A program made the position numbers and the translations under genes. The notes under the pieces are model-generated. The model was given only the letters and a program-made list of their open reading frames with translations, was not told where the DNA came from and made no database searches. From Candidatus Eiseniibacteriota bacterium (lineage in GTDB: Bacteria > Eisenbacteria > RBG-16-71-46): 64,000 bases of DNA. The stretch lies in the NCBI GenBank assembly GCA_041483195.1, contig JBGPFC010000007.1:32001-96000 (forward strand), given 5' to 3'. This document shows positions 25,774 through 36,609 of the stretch, one piece after another (positions within the stretch are counted from its first letter, which is position 1; every line of letters starts with the position of its first letter).

Positions 25774-27101
25774 CACCGAGCCTCCTTGGCCAGAGGGCGC
25801 ACCCGCAACGTGAGCCGGTCGACGCCCGTGATTTCCACTTCGTCCCCCGCTTCCACCATCTCCTCCGTCACCGCCTGCCACAGCTCTCCGTTCACGCGCA
25901 CCAGTCCCGTCGGCCCGAGGCGCTCGACCGCGAACGCACGGCGGCCGCGCATGCCATCGGATCCGGTTTGCACCGGGCGCCGCTGCGCGCGGAGGCCGGC
26001 GCCCACCACCAGCAGGAAGAACGCTGCGGTCGCCAGCGTGACGCCCCCGATCATGCTCCAGGAGAGCCGCGGGCTGCCCGACTGAAACAGGATCAGCGAT
26101 CCCAGGATCATCGAGAGGATTCCGCCGGCCGCGAGCACGCCGTGACTCACGACCTTGATCTCCGCGATGAAGAAGACGATCGCGAGCACGATCAGCGCGA
26201 CTCCCGCGTAGTTGACCGGCAACGTCGAGAGCGCGAGAAACGCGAGGATCAGGCAGATGCCTCCGACGACGCCGGGCAGGATCGCGCCCGGGTTCTGGAG
26301 CTCGAACAGCAATCCGTAGAACCCGAGCATCAGCAGGATGTAGGCGACGTTGGGGTCGGCGATGGTCGCGAGCAACCGCTGGCGGAATCCGGGCTCGATG
26401 CGATCGTACGGCAGGCCCTTGACCGCCAGCACGTGGCTCTCGGCTCCGCGTCGCCACGCGTGGCCGTCGGCCTTCGCGAGCAGCTCGGGCAGCGTCGCCG
26501 CGATGAAGTCCACGACGTGCAGATCGACCGCCTCGGTCTCGTCCACCGCGACCGCCTCGCGCACCGCCTTCTCGGCCCACGCCGCGTTGCGCCCGCGCTG
26601 CGCCGCCACCGTGCGCGCGAACGCCGCAGCGTCGTTGGTGGCCTTGCGGGCGAGCGTCGAGTCCATCGGGCCCTGCATGCTGATGGGCGTCGCGGCGCCG
26701 ATGTTGGTGCCCGGCGCCATGGCGGCAACGTCCCCCGCCATGGTCACGAACACGCCGGCCGACGCCGCGCGCCCGCCGCTGGGGGTGACCCATGTGATGA
26801 TGGGAACCTGGGAGGCGAGCATGCGCTTCACCATCTCGCGCATGCTGCTCTCGAGACCGCCCGGCGTGTCGATCTCGATCACGAGCGCCGCGTAGCCTTC
26901 GCGCTCGGCGCGATCGACCGCGTGAATCAGCGCCTCGGAGGTGACGGGCGAGACCGGTCCCTCGAGCTTCATGACCAGCACCCGGTCCCGGCTGGCCGGC
27001 GCGGACCGCGAGGGCGGCGCGATCGCTAGGCCCATCATCAGGACCGCGACCCCCGCCGCGATCCCCGCGACGCCTCTCACGGCTGGCATCCGCGCGCTCA
27101 C
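25773..27101 (-). CDS. nfeD: NfeD membrane-bound ClpP-class serine protease
   Basis: DTPGGL, AASAG, NIGAA.P, C-terminal OB (GELWQA); coupled to the slipin gene. Confidence 0.93.
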   Translation of the reverse strand: MSARMPAVRGVAGIAAGVAVLMMGLAIAPPSRSAPASRDRVLVMKLEGPVSPVTSEALIHAVDRAEREGYAALVIEIDTPGGLESSMREMVKRMLASQVPIITWVTPSGGRAASAGVFVTMAGDVAAMAPGTNIGAATPISMQGPMDSTLARKATNDAAAFARTVAAQRGRNAAWAEKAVREAVAVDETEAVDLHVVDFIAATLPELLAKADGHAWRRGAESHVLAVKGLPYDRIEPGFRQRLLATIADPNVAYILLMLGFYGLLFELQNPGAILPGVVGGICLILAFLALSTLPVNYAGVALIVLAIVFFIAEIKVVSHGVLAAGGILSMILGSLILFQSGSPRLSWSMIGGVTLATAAFFLLVVGAGLRAQRRPVQTGSDGMRGRRAFAVERLGPTGLVRVNGELWQAVTEEMVEAGDEVEITGVDRLTLRVRPLAKEAR

Positions 27102-28339
27102 GCTTCCGCCTTCACGTTCCGGGAGGCGCCGCGGCGCGCGATCGCGGCGCGCCACGCCTCCAGATACTTGAGCCCGCTGCCGGTGTTGAAGATCACCGCC
27201 CGTTGCCCGCTTGTGACCTCGCCGCTCGCGCGCAACTGGCGCAACGCCGCGAGCGTCGCCCCGCCCTCCGGGCAGGCGAAGCATCCTTCCGCCTCGGCCA
27301 GCTCGGCCATTCCGTCCAGCATCTCCTCCTCGCTCACGCTCACCGCCCCGCCGCCGGTCTCCCGGATCGAACGCAGGATCAGCTGGTCGGCGAACGGCGC
27401 GGGAACCCGCAGACCGCTCGCGACGGTGGACGCGTTCTCCCAGGGCGCGATGGTCCCCGCGCCCTGCGCGAACGCACGCACCACGGGCGCGCACCCGCTC
27501 GCCTGCACCGAGATCAGCCGCGGCAGCGCGCCGTCGATCCACCCGAGGGAGCGCATCTCCAGAAACGCGCGCCACATCCCCACCAGCCCGGTCCCGCCGC
27601 CGGTAGGATAGAAGATGACGTCGGGAGGACGCCAACCCGACTGCTCCGCGATCTCGTATCCCAGGGTCTTCTTGCCCTCGAGGCGGAAGGGCTCCTTGAA
27701 GGTCGCGACGTTCCACCACTCGGCGGCGGGCGCCCAGGCCGCGAGCGCCTTCCCGGCGTCCGAGATGGTCCCGGGCACGCGCATCACCTCGGCGCCGAAC
27801 GCGCGCTGCTCGATCAGGAAGGCCTCGGGTGTGTCCTCGGGGATGGTGATGCGGCAGCGCATTCCAGCTGCGGCCGCGTATGCCGCCGCCGCGCTTCCCG
27901 CGTTGCCGGCGGAGGGCAGCGCGATCGCGCGGATCCCCCACGCCGATGCGCCGTTCACGGCGAGCGCGAGGCCGCGCGCCTTGAAGGACTGCGTGGGATT
28001 GGGGGATTCCTCCTTGAGCCACAGCTCCCCGAGCCCCAGTTCCGACGCGAGCCGCGGCAGCGGCAGCAGCGGCGTGCCACCCTCGCCCAGCCGGACCGCC
28101 TCGAAGTCCGGCGCGAACGGAAGCACGGCCCGGTAGCGCCAGAGATCGGTTCCGTAGCGCGCGAGATCTTCACGGCGCAGCCTCCGACCGATGCGCTCGA
28201 GATCGTAGCGCGCGACCAGCGGGCGGCGGCACGCCGCGCAGGTCGAGCGCGGAGCGCCGAGATCGCAGCTCGCGCCGCAGGCGGGGCACTCGAGCGCGAG
28301 CAGCTGCTCGTTGAAGGGGGAAGCCGAAGCGCGGGTCAT
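27098..28339 (-). CDS. thrC: Threonine synthase (PLP)
   Basis: CxxC...CxxC N-terminus, [25 protein letters not shown]. Confidence 0.88.
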   Translation of the reverse strand: MTRASASPFNEQLLALECPACGASCDLGAPRSTCAACRRPLVARYDLERIGRRLRREDLARYGTDLWRYRAVLPFAPDFEAVRLGEGGTPLLPLPRLASELGLGELWLKEESPNPTQSFKARGLALAVNGASAWGIRAIALPSAGNAGSAAAAYAAAAGMRCRITIPEDTPEAFLIEQRAFGAEVMRVPGTISDAGKALAAWAPAAEWWNVATFKEPFRLEGKKTLGYEIAEQSGWRPPDVIFYPTGGGTGLVGMWRAFLEMRSLGWIDGALPRLISVQASGCAPVVRAFAQGAGTIAPWENASTVASGLRVPAPFADQLILRSIRETGGGAVSVSEEEMLDGMAELAEAEGCFACPEGGATLAALRQLRASGEVTSGQRAVIFNTGSGLKYLEAWRAAIARRGASRNVKAEA

Positions 28340-28455
28340 CCCCCGCAGCATACAGGAATCCGGGGGTCTCGGCCGGACGGCGGGGAGGCGCACGGTTCCG
28401 GCCGCGCGGCGCGCGGGCGCGCGGCCGGTGCGAGGATCCGCCCCGTTCCGCGCGG

Positions 28456-29415
28456 TCACCCGCGCGCGATTTCCTCCTCGAGCTCCGCGCGCAGCTTGAG
28501 GAACGACTGCATGCGAAGCGGCGCGACGTCTCCCGCCACGACCGCCTGCCGGAGCGCGCAGGCGGGCTCCGTAACGTGGCGGCAGTCGCGAAACCGGCAG
28601 GCGCCGATGAAGCGGCGGAACTCGGGATAAGACTGTTGGAGATCGTCCGGCCCGATCCCCCACAGCCCGAACGCGCGCACGCCCGGGGTGTCGATGACCT
28701 CGAATCCCGGCTCGGGACGGAGCAGCAACGCAGCGGTCGTCGTGTGGCGGCCCTTGCCGGTCTTCGCGTTGACGTGACCGGCGAGCAGGCCGATCCCCGG
28801 CGTCAGCGCGTTCAGGAGCGTGCTCTTCCCGACTCCGGAGTGCCCGATGAACAGCGTGCGCAGGCCGCGACACGCCTCCCGCAGCGCTTCGATCCCCGCT
28901 CCGCTCTTCGCGCTCACGACGTGGCCCGGGTAGCCGGCCCGTTCGTAGGCCGCGACGATCGTGCGCGCATCCGCCGACTCGCCCAGGTCGCACTTGTTGA
29001 GGACGAGCCGCGCGGGGAGTCCGCAGTGTTCCGCCTGGCACAGCACGCGATCCGCGAGACCGGCGCTGAAGGGCGGGTCCGAGAGCGAGGCGACCAGCGC
29101 GACCTGATCGAGGTCGGCGGCCACGACCTGCTCGACCGGGCGCGTCCCGGCCGCTCGCCGGCTGTACGAGTTGCGCCGGGGCGCGACCTCGGTGATCACG
29201 GGGCGACCGCCCGTCTGCTCGACCTGGACGGAATCTCCGACCACCACCGCGTTGCCGAGCGCCTTGCGCGGCCCCATCAGCTTGCCGCGCACGGTGGCCT
29301 CGCTCAGGGTTCCGTCCCCGGCCTGGAGCACGCACGATCCGAAGTCGACCCGCACGACGACCACGGGCCCGATCGCCCCCGCCGCGCCTTCGCGCGCGCC
29401 GCCCGTCAGGTCCAC
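28456..29415 (-). CDS. rsgA: Ribosome small subunit-dependent GTPase A
   Basis: NKCD, GHSGVGKS, GRHTTT, DTPG, CRFRDCRH..EP.C. Confidence 0.95.
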   Translation of the reverse strand: MDLTGGAREGAAGAIGPVVVVRVDFGSCVLQAGDGTLSEATVRGKLMGPRKALGNAVVVGDSVQVEQTGGRPVITEVAPRRNSYSRRAAGTRPVEQVVAADLDQVALVASLSDPPFSAGLADRVLCQAEHCGLPARLVLNKCDLGESADARTIVAAYERAGYPGHVVSAKSGAGIEALREACRGLRTLFIGHSGVGKSTLLNALTPGIGLLAGHVNAKTGKGRHTTTAALLLRPEPGFEVIDTPGVRAFGLWGIGPDDLQQSYPEFRRFIGACRFRDCRHVTEPACALRQAVVAGDVAPLRMQSFLKLRAELEEEIARG

Positions 29416-30836
29416 GCTCCCGCCCGGTCGAGGGGCAGGGTGATGGAGAAGGTCGCGCCCTGCGCGGGCGGACTCTCCGCGACGATCTTGCCGCCGTGGT
29501 TGGTGATGATGCGATACGAGGTCGAGAGTCCGAAGCCGTGGCCCTGCGGCTTGGTGGTGAAGTGCGGCTCGAAGATGCGCGAGAGGTTCGAGGCCGCGAT
29601 CCCGGTGCCGGTGTCGCTCACCGTGACCCGGATCAGCTGCGCGCGCTCGTCGCAGCTGCTCGTCACGCCGATGATCTTCCGCGCTCCGCCCTTCTCGTTC
29701 ATCGCGTCCGCCGCGTTCAGGAACAGGTTGAGGAACACCTGCTGCAGCTGCCCGGGGTCGGCGCGCAGCTCCGGCAGCGGCTCCATGAGGCGCAGGTCCC
29801 ACTCCACGCCGTCGAACCGGTTCTGCGAGCGCACGAACTCGACCGAGCGCTGGAGCAGCGCGTTCACGTCAACGCGCTCGATGTTGAGCTCCGCTCGCGA
29901 GAAGTCCATCAGCCCCTTGGACAGCGCTTCCATGCGATTGGACTGCTCGAGCACGATCTGCGCGTGACGCCCGACGTGCTCCCAGCGCTGCTTCTCGGCG
30001 TCCTTGAGCAGCATCTGGGCGCGGCCGCTGATCGCGACCAGCTGGTTGCGCAGCTCGTGGCCGATCTCCGCCGCCATCTCTCCCTTCGCGGCCATGCGCT
30101 CGCTGTGGATCAGCTGCTTCTGCGCGTTGCGGATCTCGATCTGACGCCGGGTGGATTCCTTGATCATGCGCAGCGGCGCGTAGAACAGGAGCACCCCGAT
30201 GTACCCGATGGATTTGTACGACACCACCATGAGCGGACTCAGGAAGAGGGACGCCATGTCGTCGAGCAACCGCTCGGCGTAGAACCAGTCCTCGCGCAGC
30301 ACGCGCAGGTATGGCCGCTCCGTGGACCACGCGATCGCGACCGCGACCAGCGCGCGATTCACGAGCAGGTAGCCGGCGAACAGCCCGAGGATCGGCACCG
30401 CCATCCGGATCGCGGTGCTCGCTCCGGCCGGCAGCCCGCCCACCGACTCGAACCCCGACAGCGGCCCGCCCAGGAGCGCGAACACCCAGCAGGCCACCCA
30501 GAGCGTGATCGCGATCTGCGCGGCGTTGAACGCCGCACGCACCCAAGGCTTGCGCTGCACGAACAGCTCGGCGAGCAGGCTCGAGGCCGCCGTGATCCAC
30601 ATCGCGGGGCTCTGGCCCCACAGCATCGCGGTCGCGAGGTTCGCGGTGGAGGCCATGCTGAGCGTGCCCGCGCCGGACAGCGTGGAGAGCCACATCGTCT
30701 CCGAGAACACGCAGAGCAGGACCCAGAGCGTGTAGTGCCACCAGCGCGCCTCGAGATCGTGCGGCGCGTGGAGGGCGAGCAAAGCGCACGCCGCGACGAT
30801 GACCGCGGCGACGTAGATCCTCAGCCGCGCTTTCAC
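29406..30836 (-). CDS. Membrane sensor histidine kinase (no adjacent response regulator)
   Basis: About 6 TM sensor, HELRN H-box, NLFLNA, DTGTGI, FTTK, GFGLS. Confidence 0.92.
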   Translation of the reverse strand: MKARLRIYVAAVIVAACALLALHAPHDLEARWWHYTLWVLLCVFSETMWLSTLSGAGTLSMASTANLATAMLWGQSPAMWITAASSLLAELFVQRKPWVRAAFNAAQIAITLWVACWVFALLGGPLSGFESVGGLPAGASTAIRMAVPILGLFAGYLLVNRALVAVAIAWSTERPYLRVLREDWFYAERLLDDMASLFLSPLMVVSYKSIGYIGVLLFYAPLRMIKESTRRQIEIRNAQKQLIHSERMAAKGEMAAEIGHELRNQLVAISGRAQMLLKDAEKQRWEHVGRHAQIVLEQSNRMEALSKGLMDFSRAELNIERVDVNALLQRSVEFVRSQNRFDGVEWDLRLMEPLPELRADPGQLQQVFLNLFLNAADAMNEKGGARKIIGVTSSCDERAQLIRVTVSDTGTGIAASNLSRIFEPHFTTKPQGHGFGLSTSYRIITNHGGKIVAESPPAQGATFSITLPLDRAGAWT

Positions 30837-31858
30837 GCGCTCGCGCCCCGCACCGGTTCCGCCCCGAGCCCTGGCCGCTCGGAGAGCACGATCCGTCCGC
30901 GCTCGCGAGGCGCCCCGTCGAACGGATCGCGCGCGAGCAGCCAGTGCCCGTCGAGGTCGAGGACGTCCGCGAGCGGCGCGAGCTGCGCGGCGGCCGAGAG
31001 CGCGAGGCTCGACTCGATCATGGAGCCCAGCATCACCTTCATCCCGAGCGCGCGCGCCGCGTGAATCATGCGCCGCATCTCGCTCAGGCCCCCGGTCTTC
31101 ATCAGCTTGAGGTTCACGCCGTCCACGCGCCCCGCGAGGTTCGCGAGGTCGCCCAGGTGATGGCAGCTCTCGTCGGCGAACACCGGGATGCCGCAGCGCT
31201 CGCGCACGGTGCGCAGGCCGTCGAGGTCTTCGCGCGGCACCGGCTGCTCGACCAGCTCGATCCCGAGCGGCTCGATCTGGCGCAGCACGCGCACCGCGTC
31301 GGTCGCGTTCCACGCCGTGTTCGCGTCCACCTGAATCGCGCCGGCGTAGCGCGCCCGGATGCGGCGCAGGTTGTCGACGTCGCCCGGAGCGCCGAGCTTC
31401 ACCTTGATTCTCGGGAAATCGATCACGGTCTCGAGCTTGCGTTCCATCTCCTCCGGGCCGGCCATGCCGAGCGTGACGCACGAGACGGGGACCGCCCCGG
31501 GATCGAGGCCGAACAGCTTCCACACCGGGAGCGAGAGCCGCTTGCCGATCCAGTCATGGAGCGCCATCTCGAGCGCGGCGTGCGCGGCGCCGTGGCCCCG
31601 CAGCACGCTTGCGAGACGCCGGTCGATCGCCTCGAGCGCGAACGGATCGTCCCCCAGGTGCGGCGCCCAGGTGTCGAGCGCCGCCTCGACGAGCCGCCGG
31701 GTCTCGCCGTAGTAGTGCGAGGGCGACGCCTCCCCCAGCCCGGTCAGCCCCTCGTGCTCGATCCGCACCAGCGTGTTCGCGTGACCCTTCGCCGTCGAGA
31801 CCGCGATGCGGAACTCGAAAGCGGTCGCGAGGTCGAGCGGTTCATGGCTGAGGCGCAT
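30833..31858 (-). CDS. Dipeptide (L-Ala-D/L-Glu) epimerase / DgcA-like, enolase superfamily
   Basis: KVKLG, DAN, EQP, DES, KLMKTGG, DLDG. Confidence 0.9.
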   Translation of the reverse strand: MRLSHEPLDLATAFEFRIAVSTAKGHANTLVRIEHEGLTGLGEASPSHYYGETRRLVEAALDTWAPHLGDDPFALEAIDRRLASVLRGHGAAHAALEMALHDWIGKRLSLPVWKLFGLDPGAVPVSCVTLGMAGPEEMERKLETVIDFPRIKVKLGAPGDVDNLRRIRARYAGAIQVDANTAWNATDAVRVLRQIEPLGIELVEQPVPREDLDGLRTVRERCGIPVFADESCHHLGDLANLAGRVDGVNLKLMKTGGLSEMRRMIHAARALGMKVMLGSMIESSLALSAAAQLAPLADVLDLDGHWLLARDPFDGAPRERGRIVLSERPGLGAEPVRGASA

Positions 31859-32921
31859 GGGTCCCCCGTGTGAGCGCGAGCACCGCTTCGGCGAGCGGCG
31901 CCGCCCCGAACCGCACCGGATCGGTCGCGGGAAGCGAGAGCTCGCGCCCGGCCGCTTCGCACGCCGCTCGCGCGGCCGGCTCGTCGAGCCCCAGCGTGTT
32001 GAGCGCCGTGCCCACCACCCGCGCCGGGCTCACCCACGCCGCGGCGGTCTCGCACGCCGCGCGCAGGGCGGTGAGAGTGGGCAGCGGAAATTCCCCGGAA
32101 GCAGATGGCCCGACTCGCATCCGGTCGCGCGCCGAAGCGTGGCACAGCACGATCGCGTGCGGACAGCAGCCATGGAGCAGGGCGAGCGTGACCCCGGAAT
32201 AGCCGGGGTGATGGAGAGCGCCCTGGCCTTCGACCACCACCACGTCGGCCCCGCGCGCCGCCGCGAGCACCCGCGTCTCGACCGCGCCCGCCACGAAATC
32301 GGAGGGCACGGCGTCGATCGCGACCCCGTCGTCGGCGATGAAGATTCCGGTCTGGCCGGTCGCGACGAACGCCGCGCGAACGCCGCGCCGTTCGAGCTCG
32401 CGCGTGAGCTCGAGCGCCGCGGTCATCTTGCCCACGTTGCAATCGGTGCCCATCGTGAGCACCACCCGCGCGTCCACGCGCGCGGCGCGCGCCGAGCCGA
32501 CCGGCTGCCCCGTGGATGGCCGGCGCACGTCGAACATCCGCGCGCCGGTTCGCGCGGCGATCGATGCGAACTCGGGATCGTCGGCGAGGAAGACGTGGAG
32601 TCCCGAGAGCACGTCCCATCCGCGCTCGAGCGCATCGCGGACCAGCGCGCGCCACGCGCCGGGAAGCGTGCCCCCCTGCGGGGCGATGCCGATCAGCAGG
32701 CCGTCCGCGCCCCGGGCGGCGGCGCCCGCGAGGTCCGCGACCACCGGCAGGTCGCCGCCGAACCCCACGCAATCCTCCGCGCGGGATCCGGCGCGGGTCG
32801 AGTCGATCACGGCCGCGACTTCCTGTGGACGGTAGCGGAGCACGCCCACCGCGGTCTTCGCGTCGAGCGCCGTGAAGTGCCCTTCCGCCAGCAGTGCGAG
32901 GCGACGCTTGCGGCCGAACAT
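31842..32921 (-). CDS. DUF1611 domain protein (DgcN-like)
   Basis: AKTA.G.LRY, GTDCNVGKMT, ATGQTG, EGQGAL.HP.YS. Confidence 0.92.
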   Translation of the reverse strand: MFGRKRRLALLAEGHFTALDAKTAVGVLRYRPQEVAAVIDSTRAGSRAEDCVGFGGDLPVVADLAGAAARGADGLLIGIAPQGGTLPGAWRALVRDALERGWDVLSGLHVFLADDPEFASIAARTGARMFDVRRPSTGQPVGSARAARVDARVVLTMGTDCNVGKMTAALELTRELERRGVRAAFVATGQTGIFIADDGVAIDAVPSDFVAGAVETRVLAAARGADVVVVEGQGALHHPGYSGVTLALLHGCCPHAIVLCHASARDRMRVGPSASGEFPLPTLTALRAACETAAAWVSPARVVGTALNTLGLDEPAARAACEAAGRELSLPATDPVRFGAAPLAEAVLALTRGTHAPQP

Positions 32922-32924
32922 GTC

Positions 32925-34169
32925 CTAGCGGAGCGAGTCGTAGACCTTGATGTAACGCCCCACCATCTCCTCCACGTTGAACCGCTCGCGCGCCACGCGG
33001 CGGGCACGCCGGCCCATCGCGCGGCGCAGTGGCTCGTGCATGAGCAGGCGGAGGGCCGAGGCGACGAAGCCGTCCACGTGTCCCGAGTCGTGCAGATAGC
33101 CGGTCACGCCGTGCTCGATCACTTCCGGCAACCCGCCCGCGTTGGACGCGACGACCGGCACCTCGGCGCTCATCGCCTCGAGCGCGACGAGGCCGAAGCT
33201 TTCCGAAGAGCTCGGCAATAAGAAAACATCGGCGAGCGGGAGCAGTTCCTCCATGCAATCCTGATTCCCGAGGAACAGCACGTCCCGCTCGACCCGCAGC
33301 TCGCGCGCCAGCTGCTCGGCCCCCGCCTTCTCGGGGCCGTCGCCGATCATGACCAGCTTCGCCGGCAACCGCTTGCGGACCTCCGAAAACACCTGAATGA
33401 CCGCCGGGATGTTCTTGACCGGCCGGAAGTTGGAGGCATGCATCAGGATCTTGGTCTCGGGCGGCGCCAGACGCAGGCCGGTCTTCTTGCGGGGCGCGAA
33501 CACGGCGGGATCCACGAAGTTGTAGATCACCTCGATCGGGCGAGTGATCCCGAACGTCTCCTCGGCTCGGTCCTTTAGAAAACGGCTCACCGCAGTGACC
33601 CGGTCGCTGGACTGGATGCTGAACTGCGTCACCCGAAAATAGGCGGGCTCGATCCCGACCACGGTGATGTCGGTTCCGTGCAGTGTCGTGACCACCCCCA
33701 GCTGCCGGGGCAGCAGCAGCTGGCGCGCGAGGTAGGCGCTCGCGGCGAACGGCATCGCGTAGTGAACGTGCAGCACCTCGAGGTCGTAGTTCTCGGCCAC
33801 CTCGACCATCTTGGTGGTGAGCGCGAGATTGTATGGCGTCTGCTCGAACACCGGGTAGGTCGCGGAGATCGCTTCGTGGAAGAACACGTTCGATTCGAAC
33901 GTGCGCAGACGGAACGGCAGCCGGCTCGCGATGAAATGCACTTCGAAACCGCGGCGCGCGAGCGCGAGCCCCAGCTCGGTCGCGACCACGCCGCTCCCGC
34001 CGAAGTGCGAATAGCATGTGATCCCGATGCGCCGGGTGCGCCGCGTGCGGGAGACCGGCGCGGCCGCCGCGGCGCGCGGGCGGGGTGCGCGGGCCGCGCG
34101 GCCCGCGGCCGGGCGCGGGCCGTCCCGCTTGGTGCGCTCCGCGACACCGCGTCGTATGGGTGCGCTCAT
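32925..34169 (-). CDS. bshA: N-acetyl-alpha-D-glucosaminyl L-malate synthase
   Basis: IGITCY...[45 protein letters not shown]. Confidence 0.93.
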   Translation of the reverse strand: MSAPIRRGVAERTKRDGPRPAAGRAARAPRPRAAAAAPVSRTRRTRRIGITCYSHFGGSGVVATELGLALARRGFEVHFIASRLPFRLRTFESNVFFHEAISATYPVFEQTPYNLALTTKMVEVAENYDLEVLHVHYAMPFAASAYLARQLLLPRQLGVVTTLHGTDITVVGIEPAYFRVTQFSIQSSDRVTAVSRFLKDRAEETFGITRPIEVIYNFVDPAVFAPRKKTGLRLAPPETKILMHASNFRPVKNIPAVIQVFSEVRKRLPAKLVMIGDGPEKAGAEQLARELRVERDVLFLGNQDCMEELLPLADVFLLPSSSESFGLVALEAMSAEVPVVASNAGGLPEVIEHGVTGYLHDSGHVDGFVASALRLLMHEPLRRAMGRRARRVARERFNVEEMVGRYIKVYDSLR

Positions 34170-34891
34170 CGCTTCACCTCCGCGTGGAATCCGGGCAGCA
34201 GCGCGCGCGCGTCGCGAATCGCGACCGGGCCGCGCGTGCGATAGCCCTCCCCGTAACGCGCGCCGATCATCGCGCCGAAGTTGCGCGCGCGGGCCTCGAC
34301 CTCCGAGAGAAAATCGGGCTGCGTGAGATAGGTGGCCGGGCCGGCCGCGGGATCGAGCTGGCTCCGGTGCGCCGCGAGCGCCGCGGCTCGCCGCTCCCAC
34401 ACCGCGCTCACGTCCACCACCAGATGCGGCGCGCGCGCCCCGCGATACAGCGAGAACAGCAGCTGCTCCGGCCGGTGCCGCTCCCCCGACGCGTCGAATC
34501 GCGCGAGCCCCGCGACGTAGCACGCGCGCGCGACCAGGTGCGCCGCCTCGACGTGATCGGGGTGAGCGTCGTCCCGGTGCGGCGCGACGACCAGCCGGGG
34601 CCGGCGCGCCCGCAGGATGCCGGCGACGACGCGCAGCTGCCCGTGATCCGAGCGGTCGATCCCGAGATCCGGAAGCCCGAGGTTGAGACGCTCCTCGACG
34701 CCGAGCGTCTTCGCGGCGAGCTCGGCCTCGACCGCCCGCTCCTCCGAGGTGCCGCGGCTCGCGGCTTCCCCGCGCGTGAGATCGACGATCCCCACCGCGT
34801 GGCCGTGCGATGCGAGCAGCGCCGCGAGGCCGCCCGATGTGAGCTCCACGTCGTCGGGATGGGCGCCGAAGAACATCGCGTCGAGCGCCAT
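34166..34891 (-). CDS. bshB1: Bacillithiol biosynthesis deacetylase
   Basis: AHPDDVEL, DLTRGE..SRG, HPDH; lies between bshC and bshA. Confidence 0.9.
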   Translation of the reverse strand: MALDAMFFGAHPDDVELTSGGLAALLASHGHAVGIVDLTRGEAASRGTSEERAVEAELAAKTLGVEERLNLGLPDLGIDRSDHGQLRVVAGILRARRPRLVVAPHRDDAHPDHVEAAHLVARACYVAGLARFDASGERHRPEQLLFSLYRGARAPHLVVDVSAVWERRAAALAAHRSQLDPAAGPATYLTQPDFLSEVEARARNFGAMIGARYGEGYRTRGPVAIRDARALLPGFHAEVKR

Positions 34892-36501
34892 CACAGCTCC
34901 ACGACGCAGTGTTCGTGGAGCCCGCGCTCCAGGCGCTCGGCGTGCTCGGTGGCGAGCGCCACCAGCTCGGCCGCCACGCTCACGCCGCGGTACGCGACCG
35001 GCTCGAGGCAGGCGATTCGCCTCTCCTGGAGCCGGTCGCCGGGCAGCAGGTAGTAACGGACTCGCAACCATTCCGGGTGCTGGCGCTCGAGCTGATGCCG
35101 CACCTTGCCCGCCAGCCCATCCGCGAGGCGTGCGTACTGGTAGTCCACCTTGGCGCGGGCGGACTCGACCATCTGCGGCAGGCTCGCATCCACCTGCCGC
35201 GCCGCCGACCCGAAGCGTTCGAGACCCGCGAGCGCTTCCTCGTGCGCGCGGGCGAGCGAATCGCGCACTTCAGCCGGAACCCGGCGCTCGGCGACGCGTT
35301 TCAGCACGGCGTCCGCTCCGGTCACGAGCTCCCACGGGTCGGCGCCCGCAGCATCGAGCAGCGCGATCGCGGCGGGCGGCAGCCAGGTCGCGCCGAATCG
35401 CGGGACCGGGCAAGCTGGCCGCACGCCGAGCCCCTCGAACACCTCCCGCAGCTGTGCGAGGTACGCGATCTCGCCGGGGCCGCAGGCCATCGCGACGGTC
35501 GGCAGCACGCCGTCCTGTACCGCCGGCCGCAACGCGACGCTCGGAATGAGCGTGCGTCCGCGGGCGCGAGCCTCCGCGACCGCGACCTTGTGGCGCGACC
35601 CGTCCTCGATCGCGAACACGAACGAATCGAGCGCGCTCTCGGCGAGCGGACGCCTTCCGATCGCACGCTCGATTCGATCGCCGGCGGCCCGTGCCGCGAC
35701 CGAGAGCCGCTCGGCGCTCGCGAGGTAGCGATCGATGACGACCCGCGCCGCTTCGCGGAACGCGGGGAGGCGCGGATCGATGACGACCAGTCCCTGATCC
35801 GCGAACAGCGCGAGCATGAGCGCGCTGGTCGCCTCTCCCAGATCGCGGGCCCGGCCGGTGGCGCGCGCGAGCAGCGCGACGGCTTCCGCGCCGGCCGGCA
35901 AACCCGCCCATGCGCGACTCACCTGCTCGTGCAGGGCCGCGAGCGGCGCGGTCGCGATCCCGCCCACCAGCGCGCCGTCCGGGTGCGCGTCGTCGGGCAG
36001 CGCGAGATCGTGGAGCGTGAGGCCGCCGTCCCCGATCGTAGCTGAACGGATCTCCGCGAAGTCCGAGTCTTCGCCGTGCATCCAGAAAAGCGGCTCGCAC
36101 GCGATCCCGGTGCGTCGCGTGACCGCCTCGCTCAGACCCGCGGCGCACGCGACCTTGTGCAGGGAGTAGAGCGGGCCACCGAGCGGCGCGGGCTGCTGAC
36201 CGGCGACCGCGCATACCGATTCGCCGCGAGCGAGGCGATCGACCGCCGCGAGCGAGCGCGGCGATGCGCCGAGCCGGCGGTGGTACTCCGCGAGCTCGCG
36301 CGCGAGCGCGGGCGGGAGCGGCGCGCGCTTCGCTTCGGCGAGGCGCTTCAGCGCGTCGCGATCACTCCAGAGCGTGGCAAACCGCTCGCGCGCGAGCGGG
36401 CCGCCGCGCGCGAGCTGGTCGAGGAGCGGATCGAACAGCCGCTCGAACCGCGCCTCGGGCCGCGCCTCCACCCGGGCGCGCACGGAAAGCGTGTTCATCA
36501 C
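34891..36501 (-). CDS. bshC: Bacillithiol biosynthesis cysteine-adding enzyme
   Basis: AGQQ....GGPLYSLHK, FWMHGEDSDFAEI, SVALRP..QD, GPGEIAYLAQL, LQER. Confidence 0.92.
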   Translation of the reverse strand: MMNTLSVRARVEARPEARFERLFDPLLDQLARGGPLARERFATLWSDRDALKRLAEAKRAPLPPALARELAEYHRRLGASPRSLAAVDRLARGESVCAVAGQQPAPLGGPLYSLHKVACAAGLSEAVTRRTGIACEPLFWMHGEDSDFAEIRSATIGDGGLTLHDLALPDDAHPDGALVGGIATAPLAALHEQVSRAWAGLPAGAEAVALLARATGRARDLGEATSALMLALFADQGLVVIDPRLPAFREAARVVIDRYLASAERLSVAARAAGDRIERAIGRRPLAESALDSFVFAIEDGSRHKVAVAEARARGRTLIPSVALRPAVQDGVLPTVAMACGPGEIAYLAQLREVFEGLGVRPACPVPRFGATWLPPAAIALLDAAGADPWELVTGADAVLKRVAERRVPAEVRDSLARAHEEALAGLERFGSAARQVDASLPQMVESARAKVDYQYARLADGLAGKVRHQLERQHPEWLRVRYYLLPGDRLQERRIACLEPVAYRGVSVAAELVALATEHAERLERGLHEHCVVEL

Positions 36502-36609
36502 CGGAGCCGGATCTCGCGAGCGGCCGCAGGATCGAAGTCGGGGGGGCCGCTCGGGCCTCGACAGGAGCCGCGCATAGACGACGCATCCTAGGGGGGGTCG
36601 GCGGACGGG

